DNA of 63,301 nucleotides, filler included, from Aduncisulcus paluster (GCA_024181965.1; 5 parts of 5 records of this genome joined end to end with filler, not necessarily neighbours in it), one strand, 5' to 3'. Counted from the whole stretch's first letter, positions 1-11,912 are shown. Numbers and translations: made by a program. The notes: a model not told the origin generated them from the sequence alone.

Positions 1-696
1 ATACAAAAATAGTTTTAATGAAAAATTTCGAGTTCTTGTTTCTTGAGATGAATAATCTATTCTCTCGCGGAGTTTTGATTGCATTCGATAGTCGAATCTC
101 TTGTACCATTTGAGAAAGCCTGGATCATCTGGGTCAATGCCTGCTTCTTCATCCTCATCCGTGACTGGAGGAGACTCTTGGGTCTCTGGCGATGGCAGGG
201 AAGGTAGTATGAGAGGGAGGAGAGTGGAAGGATTTGTAGTCGATGGAGATGGGCATTTCATTCGTTTAGCAAAGTATGAATCAAGATTAACGAGTTTTAC
301 GGACATATCTCCAATTTTAACCCTCGATTTCAAAAATCTTGGAAAGGAAGAAGGAAGATAGTCAGATGATATTCTACACGTTTTTTTAAGAGGAATAGAC
401 TCACTAGAATCAGTCTTATCAGTAAATTCTTTACCATGAGCAGGACAAGGATCCGTTGAAAGACATTGAGAAGCCTTACAAACGGGACAAATATTTTCTG
501 ATCTAATTTGAATATATTTGAGGCAAAATGAACAGAAAATGGAACTACAATTTGAACAAGCGACTGGTTTATAATATGGAACTGAAAAACATAGTTTACA
601 TCGGTGGGCAGAGAAATATTCTTGTGCATCAGGATTTTCGAGTTTTGAAGGGGATACAAAGAAGGAAACTTTTTCTTGAACTGAATTAGGAATCAT
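1..696 (-). CDS. RING-finger (TRAF/C3HC4-like) protein, 3'-partial; absent from the ORF track
   Basis: Manual translation from ATG at 696: MIPNSVQEKV...HRCKLC-FSVPYYKPVA-CSNCSSIFCSFC-LKYIQIRSENI-CPVC; frame stays open to position 1. Confidence 0.75.
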   Translation of the reverse strand, partial: MIPNSVQEKVSFFVSPSKLENPDAQEYFSAHRCKLCFSVPYYKPVACSNCSSIFCSFCLKYIQIRSENICPVCKASQCLSTDPCPAHGKEFTDKTDSSESIPLKKTCRISSDYLPSSFPRFLKSRVKIGDMSVKLVNLDSYFAKRMKCPSPSTTNPSTLLPLILPSLPSPETQESPPVTDEDEEAGIDPDDPGFLKWYKRFDYRMQSKLRERIDYSSQETRTRNFSLKLFLY

Positions 697-869
697 ATTA
701 ATTGATATCATAAAATGTATAAAAAGGTAGTGTGGTCCAAAGGAATTTCCTTTAAGGAAACCGTCTAATATTATGCAAAATAATGAAAATATTTACTAAA
801 AATAAAGTCTAAACAATCATTTTGAATATGAAACATCGGATATAATTTTGAAATTGTTGGAAAAAATTG

Positions 870-3800
870 TCATTTTACAGGAGGCAAAGTCGGAGTATTA
901 CTACGTTTCTTTTTAGAAGAATCCATTATTTTATCATCCTCTTCCTTCTCTTCCTTCTCTTTTTCATATCCTTTCTCACCATTAACAGAGAAATCGCCAG
1001 GATGAGTTGAGAGAGATAGTGGGGGACTTCTTTTCGAATGAGAGGTATGTGGAAGAGTTACCGAGATTTTTTTGCTTCCCGTTTGTCTACGAGAGTATCC
1101 TGCAGTCCTTCTCCCACTAACTTTAATCGGTGACCTCACTTCATCCTTTGTATGCGAAGATTCTTGGGAGGCAACCAATGAACGTTCTCCGGAAGACTGG
1201 ATTGCGCCCGAAAGGGATGTATGGACTCTTTTCCCGTATCTCATTAGATCGCTGCTCTCCTTGCCTCCAGCACGACCTTCAACAACGGAACCCCTCGAAC
1301 GAGTCCGCATCTCATCGATTGTCATCACAGCAGACGAGGGATTAGCTAGAGCAGACTGAGAGCGGGCACTGTCGAAACTTCCTCCATGTGCAATGTCCTC
1401 AACGCCAAGAGACGACCGGGTACCCCGACGTTGGGGAGTATCTTTCGCCTTTATGTACCCAAACCCATCAATCTCCTCATCTTCGATATTGCTGGCAATC
1501 ATACTCGCAGCCTTGGCAGCACTCAACGGTGTTAGGGGAGACATGGGAGGATGTGTGCCAGCCCTAGAAGGATTATGAACGGATTGAGATGGTCCCGAGG
1601 GTGACATGCCAGGAATCTGCCCGGTTCCCATTTGTTTGAGAACCTTTCCATTCACACCAACACCTTGGACAGAGCCAATAGCAACACTCGACCGATGTGA
1701 GGTGCTGGGTAGCCGATAGGGGGAAGGAGACCTGCCATAATTCGGTTGCCGTTGGGAGTGGATCTGACTAGCGATGACAGATCCTACAGCAGCCGCAGTT
1801 GTATGTGAAATTGTCGGCGATAAGGATGCAATTGTAGCAGCAGCGGCAGCAGAAGAACTATTTAAGTGCTGGATATTAGCGAATGATCTCTGATTATCCC
1901 TTGTGTATAACTCTGTGTCTCTTTGAGAAGGNNNNNNNNNNNNNNNNNNNNATAGCAACACTCGACCGATGTGAGGTGCTGGGTAGCCGATAGGGGGAAG
2001 GAGACCTGCCATAATTCGGTTGCCGTTGGGAGTGGATCTGACTAGCGATGACAGATCCTACAGCAGCCGCAGTTGTATGTGAAATTGTCGGCGATAAGGA
2101 TGCAATTGTAGCAGCAGCGGCAGCAGAAGAACTATTTAAGTGCTGGATATTAGCGAATGATCTCTGATTATCCCTTGTGTATAACTCTGTGTCTCTTTGA
2201 GAAGGGGAAGGGATAGTAGGTGTTTTAGGCTTATCATCATATGTTCCACTGACAACCGTAGCATCATACATAACTGGATCTCCACCGTCATCCTCCTGTC
2301 CATCCTCTCTCCTTCCAGAGAGTTGAAGGTGCGACTGAGGGTAATGCTGAGTTGTCGTAGAACCAGAGCCTCGTTTGTACCAACTAGTGGTGTTACAGGG
2401 CGGAGATGGAGCTATTCCATACATGTCCGTACCCATATCGACACCGCCCATACTTCTGGCAATCCTGATGTTGTTCTCAAGCTCGACAAGCTGTTGTTCG
2501 AGGGTAAGGCGGTTACGAGAATGGTTGAATTCATCACGATGCTGAGTACGAAGCCCAGCGCCGACTATCTTAGCGGCCCGAAGAGCTGCAGTGAATGCCA
2601 AGCGTGCACTATGCTTGGGTTTCAACGGCTGATGTGAATGAATTGAAGTGGTGGATATTCGCATTGATGTGGGGAAGGGAGATGCTGTATCATGTTGGGG
2701 GCACGATGATTGGTGGATAGAATCGGAATCATTGGGGACTCCAATCTGATCCTCGCCACAAAAGGGACGTCCACAGGCCAAACAAGACGTACCAATTAAG
2801 AAAGGGAAGGAATAACCGCCAGAGATTTGTGTACCACCGGAGCCGGAGGAAGAATCGCCACCGCCTGAACGATCTTTTCCGGACGATGATCCTTTTGGTT
2901 TCTTATTCTTTCTAAACATACGAACGCCTTGTGATTGAGGGTCAATTTTACGACCATAGCGATCAAATTTGACATCCTTTTGGGACTCCTTTGCCTTATC
3001 ATCAACAATATTTTGAATTGCCTGTTTGCTGACAATTCCTTCAACATATCTTTTGAGAAGTTCTTCACGGGCCTTAATATCACCAATTTGTTGTTCAAAT
3101 GTTTTAAATTTAGAGTTTACACCATACGACACGGTGTCAACCTTGGTTTGAAGCTCCCTGACTTCGCCCGAAAGCTCAATCATTTCCTTCGATTTCACAG
3201 GGGTAATATATCTTGATCGGCTGCCACGCATTGTCCTGCCGGTCCTGCCGGTCCTACCGGTACCTTTCTGACCCATTGAGTCCATCATCACCACAGGGCT
3301 CACCCTTCCATCTTCCATGGATCCGCCCTCGCCTTCCATTGAGCTGTTTGGAGAAGTGCCTGTGTGAAGATTATGGTTAATAGAGTATGGGTCTGTATCC
3401 ACACGGCTTATCCTCGCCGCGATTGTAACACCATCCTCATCAATACTGCCGACAGAGCCTGAAGGTCTGATTTCATCAATGGGTCGCTTTCGGACAGAAG
3501 ATACACGAGGAATCTGATGAAGAGAGGAGGAATGAGGGTTAGAAGAGGATGATTTGAGAGAATGAATTGAATATTGGGATTGAAGTGACTTGGATGATCC
3601 ATAGTTTGATGATGAATTTGACCTACTTCCAGATTTTGAAGATTTACCCGTCCTGTCAGTTCCATCGCCAGACATTGAGGGATTGTTGGGATCATTTGGG
3701 TCATGTATGTCGTCTTCTTCAACTTCTTCCATTTCAAGGTCATCCGGATCATTCATCATCACACCAACAGCCTCGACAGCCTTCCAGAGCTCTTGGGTCT

Positions 3801-4924
3801 GAGTCTGAAGAAGGACAAACGACGATTCAAGGGAGGAGACACGGCCTTGGAGATGCATGTGGAGATGGGGTGAAAGGGGAGGATTATCATCCATTTGAGT
3901 CGATGGAGGAGGAAGTGTGAGGTTTGGAACTGCTGAATGTTCATCGATACGTCCAGATTTCTTTTTTTCATCTCTCAATTTCTTTCGTGCCAAATTCCTC
4001 TTTTCCCGATCTTCCCTTTCCTTTAGTTTCGTATCTGAATCGAATTTATCAAGAATATTATCAAAGAAATGATTTTCTTCTTTTGGTTTAGCTTCGTTGT
4101 CATCTGTATCTTTGCCGTCACCTGCAGTTTCGTCTTCTTTATCTTTATCATCAGTACTCTTTTCTTCACTCCCTTGTTCTGCGCTTTCTATCGTTGAATC
4201 AAGTTCAGGACATGCATTTGTTGCATTTGAGGTCACAGTCTTTTCCTTCTCACTACCTTCGTGATCAGATTCCTCACTCGCTTCATCAATATCTCTTTCA
4301 AATAAATAATCTTTAATCNNNNNNNNNNNNNNNNNNNNTATCTTTGCCGTCACCTGCAGTTTCGTCTTCTTTATCTTTATCATCAGTACTCTTTTCTTCA
4401 CTCCCTTGTTCTGCGCTTTCTATCGTTGAATCAAGTTCAGGACATGCATTTGTTGCATTTGAGGTCACAGTCTTTTCCTTCTCACTACCTTCGTGATCAG
4501 ATTCCTCACTCGCTTCATCAATATCTCTTTCAAATAAATAATCTTTAATCGCTTTCCTAACATAACGAAGCAGTCGAGTAGAGTCTTTTAAAGGTAATTT
4601 AAATGGATCGAAAGGTAAAGGTTTTAGTTCTTGCCGACCTGTATCGCGAGCAGATTGTTTGGCAAGTTGTTCCTCAAGTTTTTCCTTTTCTTCCTTTTTT
4701 CTAGCCTCTTCTTGAGCTGCTTTTGTTTCAACCATAAATTCCATTAGCATATCAATTTTTGCAGACAGATCTTCAATTTTAGTTGAATGACTATCGAGTT
4801 CTGTATCATAATATTCACATTTATCGGTGAGAGTCAGCTGTACATCATCAATTTTATCTACCATGTTTCCCAAGGTAGTCTCCAGAGTTGAAGTATCTAT
4901 TTTAAATAAACTATTGTATGACAT
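870..4924 (-). CDS. Large coiled-coil/low-complexity protein (~1180 aa), one gene split by two gap-flank duplications
   Basis: ORFs 4313-4924, 1894-4401 and 870-2012 overlap only through sequence duplicated around gaps 1932-1951 and 4319-4338; removing copies plus Ns leaves 3549 nt (1183 codons). Heptad-rich segments and a CLACGRP motif. Confidence 0.75.
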
Positions 4925-5154
4925 TATAATATATTAACCATAAATGTGTAAATTTTTTGGCAACGCCAAGAAAACACCAAATTGATTCTATTGTTTTTTC
5001 TGCGAAATAAATTTACAATTTTTGCACAATTTACAAATTAAATCGTTATATTGAAAGCAATAATCAACATATTTATTTGATAAACTGATTTGAAGGGCTA
5101 ATAGGAAAAATCTCCATTGAACACGAACAAAAGCAATAAAAAAGCATGTTCTAC

Positions 5155-6108
5155 TTATTTTCCCTTAAGATGTTCTGGAACCAATTCTGACACAACTTCA
5201 CTATCAACCATATGTAATAATAACAGTGAATGTTGACTTTCACTAATTCTTTTCATAATATCTCGAACCTTTTCGATTAATTTCTTTGCCTGAAATGATT
5301 GAATATCTTCTAATAATCGAATAGGAGCAGTTGATGCGAGGACATCTTTCCGAATTAACAAAGCATGAGCCAAGACAGAAGGAATAATTAGATGCATTCC
5401 AAATGCTAAAAAGAAATCCCACATTTGTAACGTTTCATCCCATTTGCTTGCTAATGTGAAAAAAGAGAGAATATTTGAGAAAGCCCAGACATTAGAGCGG
5501 ACAGAATGGGACTTGAGATGTTTTAGCAATTGGCGGTCTACTTCTCCCATAAAATCATCAATAATAACAGTTCCAGCATGGATACCTTCAAGATTCTTCC
5601 TAAAATACATTGGACAGTGTTTTGTGATTAGTCGAACAAAGGCAAAGAAAGCGTCGGGCTCAGGGAGGACACAAAGAAGAGGAATTGCGACCATGCACAT
5701 CCCTTGAACATACTGGGCAACATCCATGGATTTTAATCGGTGATAATGAACAAATGCATTGAGAACTCTTTCGAGCTGATCTTGAGAAACAGCAGATCCA
5801 ACACTACATTTCTTTAGGGTCCGAATCGAATCCCGTTTAATATCATCATACATAGGTGATTTTCCTTTCTCCACAAGGGATAAATACTCTCCAACATCGG
5901 CATTTCCTATCCGTAACAAACATTTCCACACTCTTTCTCGGATGGACACATCTTTGTGTTTCATTTTTACATCCGGAATTCCATATTTCAATATTAATAT
6001 CCTGAGTTGATTTAAGTGTTCTTCGATATCTTCATCCGTTGGATCTGGAGTATCAAAGGTAAGAGCAGAAAGAAAGCGTTGGGACTGGATGACAATGGGT
6101 TCTGTCAT
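5155..6108 (-). CDS. BUB2: TBC-domain GTPase-activating protein, Bub2/Cdc16 type
   Basis: LRILILKYGIP, RERVWKCLL, R-finger IKRDSIRT, Q-finger YVQGM, CPMY..NLEGIHAG, WDFFLAFG; small size typical of Bub2. Confidence 0.75.
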   Translation of the reverse strand: MTEPIVIQSQRFLSALTFDTPDPTDEDIEEHLNQLRILILKYGIPDVKMKHKDVSIRERVWKCLLRIGNADVGEYLSLVEKGKSPMYDDIKRDSIRTLKKCSVGSAVSQDQLERVLNAFVHYHRLKSMDVAQYVQGMCMVAIPLLCVLPEPDAFFAFVRLITKHCPMYFRKNLEGIHAGTVIIDDFMGEVDRQLLKHLKSHSVRSNVWAFSNILSFFTLASKWDETLQMWDFFLAFGMHLIIPSVLAHALLIRKDVLASTAPIRLLEDIQSFQAKKLIEKVRDIMKRISESQHSLLLLHMVDSEVVSELVPEHLKGK

Positions 6109-6416
6109 AATAATGAATATTTTGTAAATTTAGATAATAATAATTAAATAATGGTGAGAATTCTGGACAATTTTTTTTGCTTTCGTCGAGAAAATCCATC
6201 TTTTGTGAAAATTGTTTACTAAAGAAGAAAGAATTTCTATTTATTTTGACTTAATCATGTATTTTCCAAATATTATCGTTGATAAAAAAGAAATATATCT
6301 TCTAATTCAAGATTTTTTAGCTAGAGAGAAACATATAAAGAGTTTGAGAGTGTTAGAACAACAATGTGGGTTTTCATAGTTATCTATGAATATATCNNNN
6401 NNNNNNNNNNNNNNNN

Positions 6417-6902
6417 CTCCCATGTTCTATTTCCACTCCACTATCTCTCTCTCTTCCGGCAATCTCTGATGAATCTGAACTTTTTACTTCCTTTATTGAG
6501 AAAAGAGAAGAGATTAGGAAACAATCCTTCTCAATGGCCAAATCCTGCCAAGGTTACAAGTCCTATGGTATAGAACTCTTGTCTATGCTTATTCAACGCG
6601 GATCTGGTGAGAAAGTTCGTCGTAAAGAGTTTTCAAAGCGTTTAATCCAGAGAAAAGGAAAGAAAGGAGTTCCTAAGAATCCACTTCCAAAATATGCTTC
6701 TTTATCTGTTCCAGCTCCAAAGGGTTGCGAGAAAAAATGGACTTCAAAGAAAAAGACCAAAGGAGGTCAAGGAGGATCCATTGATCATACAACTGAGAAA
6801 GCCAAGGTTTCTGTCGTTGAAACCGTGACAAAAACAGTAATGGGAGCAAAAACTCAATCAAAAAATAAGAGAAACAGGAGAGGAGGAAAGAAAAAGAAGT
6901 AG
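6417..6902 (+). CDS. 5'-truncated fragment of an unknown gene with a Lys-rich C-terminus; probably mis-scaffolded
   Basis: Frame is open from the N gap to TAG at 6900-6902; it sits between two copies of the WDR47-like 5' end (about 6222-6377 and 6951-7106). Confidence 0.5.
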   Translation, partial: LPCSISTPLSLSLPAISDESELFTSFIEKREEIRKQSFSMAKSCQGYKSYGIELLSMLIQRGSGEKVRRKEFSKRLIQRKGKKGVPKNPLPKYASLSVPAPKGCEKKWTSKKKTKGGQGGSIDHTTEKAKVSVVETVTKTVMGAKTQSKNKRNRRGGKKKK

Positions 6903-6985
6903 AGTTGAAATAAAATTATAAAATCCCTTTTTGTCCGTCAATTATAACTGAAGAAGAAAGAATTTCTATTTATTTTGACTTAATC

Positions 6986-9331
6986 ATGTATTTTCCAAAT
7001 ATTATCGTTGATAAAAAAGAAATATATCTTCTAATTCAAGATTTTTTAGCTAGAGAGAAACATATAAAGAGTTTGAGAGTGTTAGAACAACAATGTGGGT
7101 TTTCATTAAAATCATATGGGCGAGAATTAGAATATTTACGATCAATCTTACTTGATGGTGACTTCAATGGCGCTATGAAATTCATCTCTCAAATACCTGA
7201 ATCCAGCGGTATAGATGTTAGCAAAGCTCTATTTCTGATTAAAAAACAGCAATTTTTTGAAGTTTTATTCCAAAGATCATCGTTTCACAATCCAGAAATG
7301 AAGTATTATTTTGATGAACATTTGAAAGGTCTTCTAAAAGAATTAGAATCCCACTCAAGTGTAACACAAATGCAAGAATACGCATATCTCGTGACTTCAC
7401 AAGATATATCGAAGTTAAATGGATTTTCAATAGATTATGGAAGGTTGCAGTGTTTCTTTGATATTGAGAAAATTATTGGTCCACGATTTAAATCAGATTC
7501 CTCCCGTTATAAACAAACACTGCGAGATGAAATGGAAGTTGGTCGTCTTGAAAAATTGCTTAAGCGTGCATTGTTATTTGATCTCCATTCTTTCCTATCT
7601 TCTTCCAAGAAAGAAATTTCATCTCTTCCTAATCCACTTTCTTGCAGTCTTTTGACCGATTTTCACTCTCATCTTGGACAACAATCGATTAAAGATGAAG
7701 ATTTGCTAATGCCTCAACAAGATACCCGTGTTCCTCTTCCAATTTCTGAGTCCTTTTCTGGAATTCCTCCATATTCATATGATCCCAAAGATCCTTCCAA
7801 AATGCTCCAAGAAAGTGAATTTCAATCCAACTTTTCACACAATCCAAATCGCCACTCAATTTCATTTTCCCAACCACAGGTAAGAAAACCGATTTCCCTT
7901 TATGTTGGCAAAGAAAAAAGTTCCACAAATCCAAAATTAGCCAAGAGTCAGGATTTAGTTCGATATGAACCCCCACCTCGAGAAGAAAAAGAAGAAGAAA
8001 TTCCTTCATCTCCCGATAACCCCTTCTCAAAACCCATACATGAAGAATGTTCTCTCCCTTATTATTCATCGACTCATATCACTGACACTGCTCCTCAAAG
8101 GTCTTCTTTGGACTCTTCCCTCGCCTCATCACATCCCTTAGTGAAAGTTTCAACAATATCCACGAGTACTCGAATCAGATGTTTTGCGGTGAAAAGTGAA
8201 AACCCTTCACATAATAGTTCATCAATATGTGATATATTTGCATGTTCATCCAATGATTTGATTTCCTTTTCCTGTGACATTGGATGTGGGTCATCCGATT
8301 CAGAATCTTCCTCGACTCCACAACTTCTCACATCATCTATTTTCAGATCTATCTCACATGCATCTCTCTACTCCATTCTTTCTCATGGGCCTTGTATATG
8401 TGTGGGAAGTAATGATGGATCTGTCAGAATATTTGGAAAGCATGATTTGAAACAGCGTGTTCTAATTGAAGGCACACATGTTCGTGTCAATTTCCCTCAA
8501 ATATCGAAGGGAAAAATGATGAAATCGAGTTCCTCTGATCTTATCCCAAAATATTACCAACTTTCATATTCTTCTCCGCTCACCCCAAGTCCATGTCTAG
8601 TTTTCCCGCCCCCTTCACCTCTCCCGCCGCCAATTGTTCACTCTCTTCTTGCTCATCCGCATACATCCAATTGGTTTTATGGGGTACGAAGGATAACAGA
8701 CCCTTCACAACATTGTATCACACTGTATGACTATAAAAAGGCATCATCGGTGCTAAACATAGGCCAATCGATATCAAATTGCTCCAAAGCTTCGATATTT
8801 GGGAAATCTGGAGAAACTCTGGCATTATTATGTGGAAATACCCTCAAGATATTTGATGTACGCGCGAGCAATAATGAAATTTCTTCAATTCCTTTGTTGA
8901 ATGAATGTGTAAGTTGTTGCTGTGGTAATATAAAGGGCGGAGATGTATGTTTACTTGGTGGACGAAATGGAACTGTATTTTCTGTTGATTTCAGATCATT
9001 TTCATCCACCCGATCTCCTGTCATGTCCTCTTTGTCACCTTCCTCTATTAATATGATGGCTCACACACACAAGGATATTGCCACCATTCGTAGCATTTGT
9101 GTTCTTAATGGTATCGCGATTGGTGGAACAGATGATGGAAATCTTTTTGTTTTGGATGCTCTAACTCTCAAACCTTATCAAAAGCCGGGAGTACTGTCTT
9201 CCGGAAGAATTGAAATGGAGAAATACTCATATCAAGCCCATACTGGAGCCATTAGTGATATTATCTCAGTGGGAAATTATGTTATGAGTTCAGGAATGGA
9301 TGGAATTATAAACACTTGGAAAATATACTAG
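6986..9331 (+). CDS. WDR47: LisH-CTLH-WD40 protein, WDR47-like
   Basis: N-terminal EIYLLIQDFL...LRVLEQQCG (LisH) and YLRSILLDGDF...IKKQQFFEVL (CTLH); C-terminal WD repeats ending AHTGAI...SSGMDGIINTW. Confidence 0.7.
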   Translation: MYFPNIIVDKKEIYLLIQDFLAREKHIKSLRVLEQQCGFSLKSYGRELEYLRSILLDGDFNGAMKFISQIPESSGIDVSKALFLIKKQQFFEVLFQRSSFHNPEMKYYFDEHLKGLLKELESHSSVTQMQEYAYLVTSQDISKLNGFSIDYGRLQCFFDIEKIIGPRFKSDSSRYKQTLRDEMEVGRLEKLLKRALLFDLHSFLSSSKKEISSLPNPLSCSLLTDFHSHLGQQSIKDEDLLMPQQDTRVPLPISESFSGIPPYSYDPKDPSKMLQESEFQSNFSHNPNRHSISFSQPQVRKPISLYVGKEKSSTNPKLAKSQDLVRYEPPPREEKEEEIPSSPDNPFSKPIHEECSLPYYSSTHITDTAPQRSSLDSSLASSHPLVKVSTISTSTRIRCFAVKSENPSHNSSSICDIFACSSNDLISFSCDIGCGSSDSESSSTPQLLTSSIFRSISHASLYSILSHGPCICVGSNDGSVRIFGKHDLKQRVLIEGTHVRVNFPQISKGKMMKSSSSDLIPKYYQLSYSSPLTPSPCLVFPPPSPLPPPIVHSLLAHPHTSNWFYGVRRITDPSQHCITLYDYKKASSVLNIGQSISNCSKASIFGKSGETLALLCGNTLKIFDVRASNNEISSIPLLNECVSCCCGNIKGGDVCLLGGRNGTVFSVDFRSFSSTRSPVMSSLSPSSINMMAHTHKDIATIRSICVLNGIAIGGTDDGNLFVLDALTLKPYQKPGVLSSGRIEMEKYSYQAHTGAISDIISVGNYVMSSGMDGIINTWKIY

Positions 9332-9818
9332 GATCAATCTTTCATAATGATTCATTGTAAATTACAATTTGTAAATCATTTATTGTTTCATTATTGATCC
9401 TATAAATGACTAGCAAATTTATTAATATTGAAATCTTCCGGTTGGTAGCCGGTAATCGCCGGTTACTCACCTATAACATCATCATCTCGAATCTAATCTC
9501 ACAACGTGAGACCACTCACATAATAATCAAATATAATATGATCATCATATTATATGATTGAAAAATATTATATTAGTAATATAATATTAGCTATTTTAAT
9601 ATGAGAGTCTACTATTAAATATATTCATGAGTTTGATTATCACAACAAATGATCGTTCAAAGTATTCAATGAATACTATTCATACATACAACCTAAAATC
9701 ATGAATAACATAAATATTCACTTTAAATATTATTTGTATCATACAAATTGTATCCTGTACTGTACTATACTTGTATGATTCAATATGATGAATTAGTAAT
9801 TATGACTAATTTATATAA

Positions 9819-11912
9819 TCACTTTGATTCTTCATCCTCTTCAAAAGAACGAAGAATACTAAGACTTTCTGTATGAAAAGCAACAAGAGTGGACCAAGGA
9901 GTAAAGAAAGCACCGATATTTCTGAAAGCATTTCCTTGAAGAGGTAAGCTCCCTGCACCGCCGGCACGAAAATCCCCACGTAATTTCGGGAGAGGCTTGT
10001 CACTCATTAATCGATCGAGCCCAACCCTCATTCCAAACGTTGAAGTTTCCTCACTTAATCTCCCACTCACTATTGCACTTTGAAGAGCATCATGAGCAAG
10101 CGCTGAGTCAATCTGAGATGATATTGAACCTTGTGCATTTCCAAGGAGACGTTCGGCTCTCAGCTTCCTACCCACACTTTTTATACACGATAGCCATTGT
10201 TGTAGAGTTGTTGTGAATGAATTTGAATGAGATATTGAAGTCAAAGCCTTCAAAATAATATTATTACTCCCCAAAGCTCCATTAACTTCAACAGATGGAC
10301 ACTCTGGATTTTCTGACACACTCACACATATTCCAATAGGCAACCTGCAATCGACGTAAAACATTCCCCCGAGTTCTTTATCTACTCTGACAAATCCCAC
10401 CTTTCCATCCTTTGTATTCGTTAGGAAATGGGGCATATTTTGGGATGCAGGCATAAAATCAGCATCAAGGACTGAACGTTCACTCATATCAGTCTGATCG
10501 AACTTTAATTTGGCAATTTCTGAGGAATCTATTTCTGTTTTTATCACATCTTCTTCCTCTTCATCCTTTGAATCAGAATCCCCACTTATCCCAGCAAGAG
10601 TCTGTTGAAGGGTGGTTTGAAGATGGAAATCAAGGACGTACGTTTTAACTTTTAGTTTGTCAAAATATAAAAGAATTTTATGCATAATACTATTTCTCAA
10701 TGGTGAATGGAAGATCGTAGATACACTCGATTCAGGCCTATCTGGATTTGGAGCAATCGGTAATGTTCTTTCTTGCGTCAAACACAAAGACCGATTGAGG
10801 GAGCCTCTTTGTCTTTGTTCGTGTGAGACAACTGTTTGTTCCTTCCTGTGCTCAGATTCAGACAGTTTTGTACTTTCCTTGCTTCCATAAGATTCATAGG
10901 AATATTCATCTTCAACCATATCTTCCAGTATTTTCTCATCAACCTTCTCAATTGGATGATGAACAGAGGAGATTCTTCGCGATGAGAAACGAACACTTTG
11001 TCTTGGAGTTGAAGAATCATTCGCAGCCCTTGATAAGGACTTTGAAAGAGAATGAGAAATTAATGTTTTGGAACCCTTCTTTGGGATAGACGCAAATAAA
11101 ATAATACCGATGAAAATATTTCCTTGGGTACTTGCCCCATAATGAGGAGAGTCGGTAAGAATCAAACACGAAGCCCTATTACGATTCTTAGATCCTACAA
11201 AAAAATATTCTGTTCTTCCAAACACAAATTCACTCTTTTCTCGACAAAAAAACGCCCCATCATACTTTTCATTGTTTACATCAAGTAAATCAATTTCTAT
11301 CTTCTCCTTATTTAACGAATTAATTTCATAATAACTAACAATATCAGCTTTTCCAAACGTTTTTTCACAAAATGAACAAAAACGAGATGCCCTAATAAGA
11401 GGAGTTTGAACAGCTTGAATTCGAGAAGATCCCTGAGAAAGTAACCCAGATCCCAAATTTAGCATTCTCCGAGGATATTCTTGTAATCTTACACGAAATC
11501 CATTAGGATCAATGACTATAGCAGATTTAATACCACAATACTCTCTTTCATGACAAAGTGCAGAGAAACCAGCTTGTCTGAGCTTTGTTAAACTTTTTTG
11601 AATAGAGGAAACGGCTAATATTAACATTGAAGAATCTTTTGGATCCCACGATCTCACTTCAGGCATAATTTCAGAATAAGTAGCAAATTCCCAACGAAGA
11701 AACATGGGCTCGGGATAGATATATGGCCTTCCACTTTCATCCTTACCCAAAGGTTGTTTTGAGTGAGTCATGTACACGTAAGTGTAACCTTTGTTTTGGT
11801 ATACAGCAGTTACTTCTAGATCTAAACACATCACATAAAAATCAATAGTAGCCAATGGATTTATGCAATTAAATCGGAATACTTTCAGATCAAAACACGG
11901 AGGTATCGACAT
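9819..11912 (-). CDS. Protein with an N-terminal VOC/glyoxalase-fold domain and a long uncharacterised extension
   Basis: IDFYVMCLDLEV, LILAVSSIQKSLTKLRQAG and AIVIDPNGFRVRLQE match the VOC beta-alpha-beta-beta-beta pattern; first ATG at 11912. Confidence 0.6.
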   Translation of the reverse strand: MSIPPCFDLKVFRFNCINPLATIDFYVMCLDLEVTAVYQNKGYTYVYMTHSKQPLGKDESGRPYIYPEPMFLRWEFATYSEIMPEVRSWDPKDSSMLILAVSSIQKSLTKLRQAGFSALCHEREYCGIKSAIVIDPNGFRVRLQEYPRRMLNLGSGLLSQGSSRIQAVQTPLIRASRFCSFCEKTFGKADIVSYYEINSLNKEKIEIDLLDVNNEKYDGAFFCREKSEFVFGRTEYFFVGSKNRNRASCLILTDSPHYGASTQGNIFIGIILFASIPKKGSKTLISHSLSKSLSRAANDSSTPRQSVRFSSRRISSVHHPIEKVDEKILEDMVEDEYSYESYGSKESTKLSESEHRKEQTVVSHEQRQRGSLNRSLCLTQERTLPIAPNPDRPESSVSTIFHSPLRNSIMHKILLYFDKLKVKTYVLDFHLQTTLQQTLAGISGDSDSKDEEEEDVIKTEIDSSEIAKLKFDQTDMSERSVLDADFMPASQNMPHFLTNTKDGKVGFVRVDKELGGMFYVDCRLPIGICVSVSENPECPSVEVNGALGSNNIILKALTSISHSNSFTTTLQQWLSCIKSVGRKLRAERLLGNAQGSISSQIDSALAHDALQSAIVSGRLSEETSTFGMRVGLDRLMSDKPLPKLRGDFRAGGAGSLPLQGNAFRNIGAFFTPWSTLVAFHTESLSILRSFEEDEESK

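Noticed and set aside
6222..7106. Duplicated WDR47 5' end flanking a foreign gene fragment, resembling an insertion with a long target duplication
   Set aside because: Contains an N gap and near-identical copies with no transposon features; a scaffolding error is more likely
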